DNA of 248,000 nt from Hyalangium minutum (GTDB lineage: Bacteria > Myxococcota > Myxococcia > Myxococcales > Myxococcaceae): NCBI RefSeq assembly GCF_000737315.1, contig NZ_JMCB01000006.1, forward strand, positions 764,001 through 1,012,000, in the 5' to 3' direction. Shown in pieces: positions 165,919 through 175,600 of this stretch. The translations under genes and the position numbers were made by a program. Positions within the stretch are counted from its first letter, which is position 1, and each line of letters opens with the position of its first letter. A model generated the notes under the pieces. It was not told the origin of the DNA. It made no database searches and worked only from the letters and a program-made list of their open reading frames with translations.

Positions 165919-166232
165919 GGCGCGCGGTGCTCGCGGTGCTGCTCGGAGCCCTGGTGCCGGTGCTGGCCTCGTGCGAGAGCGCCGGCCGGCGGCGGTACGA
166001 GAACAATGACTTGGTGCTCGTGACGGCGTACACCGCCAAGGATGCGTGCACGTGCCTCTTCGTGATGGAGCGCGATGAGGCGTTCTGCCGCGCCTTCGTG
166101 AAGGCCAGCCCGTCCGTGGCCCAGCTCACCATCGACAGGGAGCGCAAGGCGGTGGAGACCTCGGCGGTGCTCCTGTGGGGCGCCCGGGCGCGCTACGTGG
166201 ACGCGCGCGACGGCTGCGTGCTGGAGCTCTGA
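165915..166232 (+). CDS. Small lipoprotein coupled to serine hydrolase
   Basis: Lipobox LASC, AKDACTCLFV. Confidence 0.65.
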   Translation: MRRAVLAVLLGALVPVLASCESAGRRRYENNDLVLVTAYTAKDACTCLFVMERDEAFCRAFVKASPSVAQLTIDRERKAVETSAVLLWGARARYVDARDGCVLEL

Positions 166233-166250
166233 GCCTCCCGCGGGGCTGGG

Positions 166251-168056
166251 TCAGCTGCCCTTCCACAGCCCGTGGCGGCGGGCCCTGCGCCCCAGGGTGA
166301 CAGCGTCCATGCCCAGCGCCACCGCCGCGCGCCGCAGCACGCCGTCGTGCTGCTCCAGCGCCTCGCGGATCAGCTCCCGCTCCATGTGCTCCATCCGCGC
166401 CTTCAGCGAGCCTCCTGTCCCCGTGTTCCCGGCTCGCGCGCCCACCAGGCTGGGAGGCAGCAGCCGCCGCGTCACCATCTCCCCCGGCTTGGACAGCAGC
166501 GCCGCGCGCTCCATCACGTTGCGCAGCTCGCGCGCGTTGCCCGGCCACGCGTACGCCACCAGCGCCTCCTCCGCATCCGCCGCGATGCCGCTCGCCGAGC
166601 GCTTCTGCGACCGGTTGAACAGCTCCAGGAAGTGCCGCGCCAGGGAGAGCACGTCCTCGGGCCGCTCCCGCAGCGGGGGCAAGTCGATGGTGAAGCTGTT
166701 GAGCCGGTAGAAGAGGTCCGCACGGAACCGCCCAGCGCGGACCTCCTGGCCCAAGTCTCTGTTGCTCGCCGCCACCACGCGCACATCCACGTGGCGCACC
166801 TGCGTGCCGCCCACCGGCCGCACATCCCCACCCTCCAGCACGCGCAGCAGCTTGGCCTGGAGGTTCGGCGTGGTGTTCTCGATTTCATCCAGGAAGATGG
166901 TGCCGCCATCGGCCAGCACGAACAGGCCCGGATGGTCCGCCACCGCGCCCGTGAAGGCGCCCTTCACGTGGCCAAAGAGCTCGCTCTCCAGCAGCGTCTC
167001 CGTGAGCGCGCCGCAGTCCTGCACCACCAGCGGCACATCCTCGCGCCCGCTCAGCCGGTGGATGATGCGCGACAGCACCTCCTTGCCCGTGCCCGTCTCG
167101 CCCTGCAGCAGCACCGCCACCCGGTGGGGCGCCGCCACGCGCACCAGCTCCATCACCCGCTGCATCGCCGGGCTGGAGAACCCCGGGCCCTCGCCCGCCG
167201 CCGGAGCCGGAGCCCCAGGCGTCCCGCTCATCAGCGCGCGCTCGCGCAGCAGGTTGCGCTCCAGCTCCAGGCCCATGCGCCGCTGCTCGGTGCGCACGCC
167301 GTGCTCGCGCCCCGCGTCCAGCACCGCTTGCCGCACCTCCTCCACCCCAAACGAGGGCCCCAGCGTCCGGAACAGGCTCCCCGAGTTGAACAGCTCCAGG
167401 AGCCGCTCCGGTGCCGCGGGGGCGCAGTGGACGATGCGCGCGGCCAAATCACTCGGCGGCGCGGCCCCCGTGGCATCCACCTCGTCCATCCGTCGCGAGG
167501 CCAGCTGCTCCACCAGCGACAGCGCCCGCACCTCGTCCGTGCCTGCCACCAGCAGCACCGCCACGTCTCCGCGCGCCAGCAGCGCGTACACCTCCGCGGG
167601 CGTCTGCGCGAAGCCCAGCCGCGCGTGCCCCTCCAGCGCCGTGCGCAAGGTGCGCGCCTGTTCCTCCGTCGCGAACGCCACCGCCACGTGCAGCGCGCTC
167701 TCCACCAGGTAGCGCGCCAGGGTGACGCGATCCGAGCCCTCGAAGGACAGGAAGGCCAGGCCGAGCGCCGTCACGGTGCCGCCCTCGGCGCCCTCCGTGT
167801 CGTGCCGCCACCGCACCACTCCGCGCACCCGGATGCGCGCATGGGAGTCCGGCAGCGAGAACGCCATCTCCAGCTCCTCGCCCTCCCGAGGCCCCTCCGT
167901 CGCACCGCCCAGAGGACTGGCCACCAGGCCGATCCCCGTCTCGCTGATGTTGACCGACCAGCACCCGTGCAGCGCGGGCTGCGTCACCACCTGCACGTAC
168001 AGGGGCTTACGGGGACTGCGGTCCTTCAAGGGCAGGTCGCGGACGAGCTTCATCAT
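166251..168056 (-). CDS. PilZ-domain sigma54-dependent activator
   Basis: RSPRKP..NISETG, GETGTGKE, GAFTGA. Confidence 0.9.
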   Translation of the reverse strand: MMKLVRDLPLKDRSPRKPLYVQVVTQPALHGCWSVNISETGIGLVASPLGGATEGPREGEELEMAFSLPDSHARIRVRGVVRWRHDTEGAEGGTVTALGLAFLSFEGSDRVTLARYLVESALHVAVAFATEEQARTLRTALEGHARLGFAQTPAEVYALLARGDVAVLLVAGTDEVRALSLVEQLASRRMDEVDATGAAPPSDLAARIVHCAPAAPERLLELFNSGSLFRTLGPSFGVEEVRQAVLDAGREHGVRTEQRRMGLELERNLLRERALMSGTPGAPAPAAGEGPGFSSPAMQRVMELVRVAAPHRVAVLLQGETGTGKEVLSRIIHRLSGREDVPLVVQDCGALTETLLESELFGHVKGAFTGAVADHPGLFVLADGGTIFLDEIENTTPNLQAKLLRVLEGGDVRPVGGTQVRHVDVRVVAASNRDLGQEVRAGRFRADLFYRLNSFTIDLPPLRERPEDVLSLARHFLELFNRSQKRSASGIAADAEEALVAYAWPGNARELRNVMERAALLSKPGEMVTRRLLPPSLVGARAGNTGTGGSLKARMEHMERELIREALEQHDGVLRRAAVALGMDAVTLGRRARRHGLWKGS

Positions 168057-168197
168057 TGAATTCCCATCCTTCAGAAGTGAAGTATGGACCCATTCCCCGG
168101 GAAATTCGAGCGCCTGTGCTGTTCGTATGCCTCCGGAGGCTTCAGGACTGAAGAGGGGTTCTGAAGCCAAACCCTCGTTTTCTCGTGGGTTGAGAGC

Positions 168198-168213
168198 TGG
168201 CCCGGCGCTTGCT
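168198..168213 (+). promoter_or_regulatory. Probable sigma54 promoter for the DUF2378 gene
   Basis: TGGCCC-GGCGC-TTGCT, one mismatch to consensus. Confidence 0.6.
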
Positions 168214-168277
168214 CAAGGGAATGCACGGCAGCGGTTCGCGGCCTACCTCCATCAGGTCCCCACCGGAACTCATCTCA

Positions 168278-168904
168278 ATGCACGCACAACTCGAGTCAAT
168301 CAGACCGGTGATGGACCTGGACGTGGAGCGACAGCTCCGCCATCGGATGGCCATGGCCAGCCCCACGGATACGGTTCGCGGAATGTTCTTCAACGGGGCG
168401 CTCGAAGTCGCTCGCGCACTCGGTGGGAGCGAGGCCGCGGACCGCTGCCAGCAAATTGTGGGTGAGAAGCGCATCATCGATTTCTTCAACTACCCCGTGA
168501 CGGACCTTCTCCAACTGTCCTTGGAGATGATCCGGCTGGTGGGCGCTCACACGGGCGGTCACGCCGGAGTGCTGCGGCGCATGGGCACGCAGGCGGCGAA
168601 GGACTTTCTGGCCTCGTCGCCGGGCCGCACCATGCTGATGCTCACGGACAAGAACCCGCGCAGGGTGCTCAGCCAGCTGCCCGCCAGCTATCGCACGGTG
168701 GTGGGCTTCGGCGAGCGCAAGGTGAGCTGGTCCGCGGATGGCCGTACCGGCCTGTTCCTCGCCCAGCGTGACTTCATGCCGCCGGCGTACACCAAGGGCC
168801 TGCTCCAGGGCGTGCTCGAGGCGGTGGGTGCCAAGGGCGTCAATGTGAGCGGGCGTCCCACGGGGATGTTGGACAGCGAGTACGAAGTTTCCTGGGAGCG
168901 ATAG
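168278..168904 (+). CDS. DUF2378 family protein (myxobacterial)
   Basis: DTVRGMFF, FFNYPV, YRTVVGFGER. Confidence 0.8.
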   Translation: MHAQLESIRPVMDLDVERQLRHRMAMASPTDTVRGMFFNGALEVARALGGSEAADRCQQIVGEKRIIDFFNYPVTDLLQLSLEMIRLVGAHTGGHAGVLRRMGTQAAKDFLASSPGRTMLMLTDKNPRRVLSQLPASYRTVVGFGERKVSWSADGRTGLFLAQRDFMPPAYTKGLLQGVLEAVGAKGVNVSGRPTGMLDSEYEVSWER

Positions 168905-169022
168905 CACTCAACGGTTCGTGCGTTTTCCATGGCGCACGGGGAGCTCCCCCGTCAGAAGCACGTCGCCAGCCGGTGTCTCGGGGATGCGGCTGGGTGAAGG
169001 ACAAACCCCCCAAGGGGATGGG

Positions 169023-169244
169023 ATGAAGACGATGCGGCTCGATGAGGGGACGGTGCAGGCAGGCGAGGGCGGCGCGGCGCTGGTGATGCTGCCCGTCTGT
169101 GTTTGCGGCTCAGGCCTGGAGGCGCCTTCGGCCTCGGGTCCGGCGGCGCCGGTGCCCACCTGCCCCGCCTGTGGCGGGAGCCAGCTGAGGGCCTCGGCCC
169201 CCGAGCACCGGCACCTGCAGGATTTCTTGAGCGCCTTCGTCTGA
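169023..169244 (+). CDS. Small zinc-ribbon peptide
   Basis: CVCG..CPACGG. Confidence 0.45.
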   Translation: MKTMRLDEGTVQAGEGGAALVMLPVCVCGSGLEAPSASGPAAPVPTCPACGGSQLRASAPEHRHLQDFLSAFV

Positions 169245-169630
169245 AGCGCGGGCGCTCGGCTTTCACGGCATAAGTTCGGATGACGGGTCTGTCCCCCTTG
169301 GCGGAGGATTGGGGTGGGGGACACTCCCGTCATCTTCTTTGCGGGCGCCGATGATTGATTGGCGCGCCCTATCACTGTCATCCAGACGTTGTCTTGGAGC
169401 CCTCGGGCAGCTGCGCCCTAGCGTTGCGCGCACCCATGAGGACTCGACCCATGCATCACGCCCGGCTGATCCGCGCTCATCCGTCCAGCTGTTTGGACTC
169501 AAACTGGGCGCTTTTTGACAGCGGGTGTGACTCCATTAAACTTTTATCACCGCCTCAATCCAGGGGGGCATCGCCTGGCTCCGTTCCTCACAGGAGCACT
169601 GGGCTCGGGTCTGTCGAGGACCCATCCAAC

Positions 169631-172600
169631 ATGAACCATTCCATTCGCTCGAAGCTCTCGAAGTGGGCCGTGCTCTTCGCCGGCGCGCTGCTGCTGGCGT
169701 GTTCCACGGAGCCGGCCTCCGCCAAGGGTGCCGCGGGCCCGCTGGGCGCGGCGGTGACATCGCTGGTTGCGGACGTGCCAACGGACCTGGCCGTCACGGT
169801 GACGGACGGCGTGACGACGGTCGCCCCGGGCAGCAACGTCACCTATACGATTGTGGTCACCAACAACGGTCCCAATACGGTGTCAGGGGCCACGCTGACA
169901 GACAACTTCCCCGCGGCGCTGATGGGGGTGAGCTGGACGTGCGCGCCGGCGGCGGCGTGCGGCACGACGAGCGGGACGGGCAACATCGCCGTCGTGCTGC
170001 AGTCGCTGGGCGTGGGCAGCTCGGCGACGTTCACGGTGACGGCGACGGTGAACCCCGCGGCGACGGGCACCACGATGACCAACACGGCCGTGGTGGCGTT
170101 GCCGACGGGATTCACGGATCCAGTTCCGGCCAACAACAGCGCTTCGGATACGGACACATTCAACCGCCGGGCAGACCTCTCGCTCACGCTCACCGACGCG
170201 CCGGACCCGGTGCAGGCGAGCGCGACGCTTACGTACACCCTCACCGTCAACAACGCGGGCCCGAGCAATGCGGCCACGACGACGGTGACGCTGACCCTGC
170301 CGTCGGGAGCGACCTATGTCAGCGGGACGGGTACGGGGTGGACGTGCACTCTGAGCGGTAGCACGGTGACGTGCACCCGGGCTTCGGCGGCGACGGGCGC
170401 GTCCCCCGCCATCACGGTGCTGGTGACGGCGCCGAATACGACCGGGACGATTGTCGCCACCGCCTCGGTGAGCAGCTCGACGACGGATCCCGTCACGGGC
170501 AACAACTCGACGCTGGCGACCACCACCGTCAATCGGGTCAACAACCCGCCGACGGCGAACAACGACACGTTGACGGTGGCTGAGGACAACCCCGCCACGG
170601 TGGTCAACGTGCTGAACAACGACACCAGCGCTCCGGACGTGGGCGAGACGCTGACGGTGATCTCGGTGACTCAGCCGGCCACGGGTGGCACGGTGACGCT
170701 CTCCAGCGGAGTGGTGCGTTTCACGCCCGCGCCCAACTTCAACGGGACTACGAGCTTCACGTACACCATCTCGGACGGCAACGGCGGCTTTGCGACGGCG
170801 ACGGTGAACGTGACGGTGACGCCGGTGAACGACCCGCCGACGGCGAACAACGACACGTTGACGGTGGCTGAGGACAGTGGCGCCACGGTGGTGGATGTGC
170901 TGGCCAACGACACGATTTTTCCGGACGTGGGTGAGACGCTGACGGTGGTCTCGGTGACCCAGCCGACCACGGGCGGTACGGTGTCGCTGGTAGGCGGCGT
171001 GGTGAGCTTCACCCCTGCGCCCAACTTCAACGGGACTACGAGCTTTACGTACACCATCTCGGACGGCGCTCTGATGGCCACGGCGACGGTGTCGGTGACG
171101 GTGACGCCGGTGAACGACCCGCCGACGGCGAACGACGACACGCTGACGGTGGCCGAGGACAGCGGCACCACGGTGGTCAACGTGCTGGCCAATGACTCGA
171201 TTTTTCCGGACGTAGGCGAAACGCTGACGGTGACGGCGGTGACTCAGCCCACCACGGGTGGCACGGTGTCGCTGAATGGCGGCGTGGTGCGCTTCACGCC
171301 CGCGCCCGACTTCAACGGCACGGTGACGTTCACATACACCATCTCGGACGGCGCCTTGACGTCCACGGCGACGGTGACGGTGACGGTGACGCCGGTGAAC
171401 GACGCGCCGACGGCGAACAACGACACGCTGACGGTGGCCGAGGACAGCGGCGCCACGGTGGTCAACGTGCTGGCCAACGACTCCAGCGCGCCGGACACGG
171501 GCGAGACGCTGACGATCGACTCGGTGACTCAGCCGACCACGGGCGGCACGGTGACGCTGAGCAACGGCACGGTGAGCTTCACTCCCGCGCCCGATTTCAG
171601 CGGGACCACGAGCTTCACGTACACGATCTCAGACGGCAACGGCGGCTTTGCGACGGCCACAGTGAACGTGACGGTGACGCCGGTGAATGACCCTCCGACG
171701 GCGAATGACGACACGCTGACGGTGGCCGAGGACAGCGGCGCCACGGTGGTCAACGTGTTGGTCAACGACACCAGCGCGCCGGACGTGGGCGAGACGCTGA
171801 CCGTGGTCTCGGTGACTCAGCCGGCCACGGGCGGCACGGTGACGTTGAGCAGCGGCGTGGTGACCTTCACCCCGGCGCCCAACTTCAACGGGACCACGAG
171901 CTTCAACTACACGATCACGGATGGCAACGGCGGTACGGACACCGCGACGGTGAACGTGACGGTGACGCCGGTGAACGACCCGCCGACGGCGAACAACGAC
172001 ACGCTGACGGTGGCCGAGGACAGCGGCGCCACGGTGGTGGATGTGCTGGCCAACGACACGTTTGCCCCGGACGTGGGTGAGACGCTGACGGTGACGGCGG
172101 TGACTCAGCCGGCCACGGGCGGCACGGTGGACCTGACGAACGGCACGGTGACCTTCACCCCGGCGCCGGACTTCAACGGCACGGTGACGTTCAGCTACAC
172201 AGTGTCGGATGGCAACGGGGGCACGGCCACGGCGACGGTGTCGGTGACGGTGACGGCGGTGAACGACCCGCCCACGGCCGTGGATGACGCATTCACCGTT
172301 CCGCGCAATAGCACCAACAACGTCCTGAATGTGCTGGCCAACGATACGATTTTTCCGGACGTGGGCGAGACGCTGACGGTGACGGCGGTGACCCAGCCGG
172401 CCAGCGGCACCGTGACGCTGACGGGCGGTGTGGTGAGCTACACCCCTCTCGCAGCCTTCATCGGGGACGTGACGTTCAGCTACACGGTGTCGGATGGCAC
172501 GTTGACGGCGACGGCGACGGTGACGGTGACGGTCTTCGGAACCAACATCCCGCCGACGGCGAACAACGACTCACTGACGGTGGCCGAGGACAGTGGCCCC

Positions 172601-175600
172601 ACGGTGGTGGATGTGCTGGCCAACGACACGATCGCACCCGATGTGGGTGAGACGCTGACGGTGACGGCGGTGACGCAGCCCACCTCGGGCGGCACGGTGA
172701 CGCTGGTGGGTGGCGTGGTGAGCTTTACCCCGGCAGCCGACTTCTTCGGCACGGTGACGTTCACGTACACGGTGTCCGACGGCAGCGGCGGCACGGACAT
172801 CGCGACGGTGACGGTGACGGTGACGCCGGTGAATGACCCGCCGAAGGCCAACGACGACACGCTGACCGTGGCGGAGGACAGCGGCGCCACCGTGGTGAAC
172901 GTGCTCGCCAACGACTTGTTCTCGCCGGACACGGGCGAGACGCTGACGGTCACGGCGGTGACGCAGCCCACCTCGGGCGGCACGGTGACACTGGCGGGGG
173001 GCGTGGTGAGCTTCACCCCGGCGGCCGACTTCAATGGCACGGTGACGTTCACGTACACGATCTCCGATGGCAACGGGGGCACGGCGACGGCGACGGTGAC
173101 GGTGACGGTGACGCCGGTGAATGACCCGCCGACGGCGAACAACGACGCACTGACGGTGGCCGAGGACAGCGGCGCCACGGTGGTGGACGTGCTGGCCAAC
173201 GACACGTTTGCCCCGGACATGGGCGAGACGCTGACGGTGACGGCGGTGACCCAGCCCACGACGGGTGGCTCGGTGACGCTCTCCGGAGGCACGGTGAGCT
173301 TCACGCCCGCGCTCAACTTCACCGGAACCACGACGTTCACGTACACCATCTCGGACGGCAACGGGGGTACGGCCACGGCGACGGTGACGGTGACGGTGAC
173401 GCCCGTGAACGATCCGCCGGACGCGGTGAATGACGCGATCACGGTGGGCGAGGACAGCACGGCCACGGTGGTGAACGTGCTGGCCAACGACACCTCTGCC
173501 CCGGACGTGGGCGAGACGCTGACGGTGGTCTCGGTGACTCAGCCAGCCACGGGCGGCACGGTGACGCTGAGCAGCGGCACGGTCATCTTCACCCCGGCCC
173601 CCGACTACTTCGGCACCACGACGTTCACGTACACGATCTCCGATGGCAACGGCGGTACGGACACCGCGACGGTGACGGTGACGGTGACGCCCGTGAACGA
173701 TCCGCCCACCGCCGCCAACGACACGTTGACGGTGGCCGAGGACAGCGGCGCCACGGTGGTGGACGTGCTGGGCAATGACTCGAGCGCTCCGGACGTGGGC
173801 GAGACGCTGACGGTGACGGCGGTGACGCAGCCGGTCTCGGGCGGCACGGTGACGCTGGTGGGCGGCGTGGTGAGCTTCACCCCGGCGCCCAACTTCAACG
173901 GGACCGTGACGTTCAGCTACACGTTGTCGGACGACAACGGTGGCACGGCGACGGCGACGGTGACGGTGACGGTGACGCCGGTGAACGATCCGCCGGACGC
174001 GGTGAACGACGCGATCACGGTGGGCGAGGACAGCGGCGCCACAGTGGTCAACGTGCTGGCCAACGACTCGAGTGCGCCGGACACGGGCGAGACGCTGACG
174101 GTGACGGCAGTGACTCAGCCGGCCACGGGTGGCACGGTGACGCTGAGCAGCGGCACGGTCATCTTCACCCCCGAGCCCGACTTCAATGGCACGGCGACGT
174201 TCACGTACACGATCTCCGACGGCAACGGCGGCACGGCGACGGCGACGGTGACGGTGACAGTGACGCCGGTGAACGATCCGCCTACCGCGGTGAATGACAC
174301 CTTCACCGTGGCGGAGGACAGCCCGGGCACCGTGCTGGACGTGCTGAGCAACGACACGTTTGCCCCGGATGTGGGCGAGACGCTGACGGTGACGGCAGTG
174401 ACGCAGCCGGCCACGGGTGGCACGGTGACGCTGAGCAACGGCACGGTCATCTTCACCCCGGCGCCGGACTTCGTGGGCACCACGACGTTCACGTACACGA
174501 TCTCGGACGGCAATGGCGGCACGTCGACGGCCACCGTGACGGTGGTCGCGACGGGGGTGAATGATCCGCCCACGGCGAACAACGACGCGCTGACGGTGGC
174601 CGAGGACAGTGGCCCCAATCCCCTCGATGTGCTGGTCAACGACTCGATTTTCCCGGACGTGGGCGAGACGCTGACGGTGACGGCAGTGACGCAGCCGGCC
174701 ACGGGTGGCACGGTGACGCTGAGCAACGGCACGGTCATCTTCACTCCGGCGCCGGACTTCAACGGCACGGTGACGTTCACGTACACGGTGTCGGACGGCA
174801 ACGGGGGCACGGCGACGGCGACGGTGACGGTGACGGTGACGCCGGTGAACGATCCGCCCACCGCGGTGAATGACTCCTTCACTGTGGCCGAGGACAGCTC
174901 GGGCAACGTGCTGGACGTGCTGGCCAATGACTCGATTGCGCCGGACACGGGCGAGACGCTCACGGTGACGGCGGTGACGCAGCCCTCCTCGGGCGGCACG
175001 GTGACGCTGAGCAACGGCACGGTGACCTTCACCCCGGCGCCGGACTTCAACGGCACGGTGACGTTCAGCTACACGGTGTCGGACGGCAATGGCGACACGG
175101 CGACGGCCACTGTGACGGTGACAGTGACGCCGGTGAGCGATCCGCCCATCGCGGTGAACGACACCTTCTCCGTCGCGGAGGACAGCGACCCCACGGTGCT
175201 GGACGTGCTGGCCAACGACGCGTCGCCGGATCCGGGCGAGACGCTGACGGTGACGGCGGTGACGCAGCCCACCTCGGGCGGCACGGTGGCGCTGACCAAC
175301 GGCCAGGTGATCTTCACGCCGGATCCCAACTTCAACGGCACGGTGACGTTCACGTACACGGTGTCCGACGGCACCTCGACGTCGACGGCGACCGTGACGG
175401 TGAATGTGACGCCGACGAACGACCCGCCGACGGGCATGCCGGACACCTACTCGGTGCCCGTCAACAGTGGCGCGACCACCTTCGACGTGCTGGCCAATGA
175501 CTCGAGTGCGCCGGACACGGGCGAGACGCTCACGGTGACGGCCGTCACTCAGCCGACCTCTTCGGGCGGCACGGTCACAGTGGCGCCGAATGGCTCGGGC

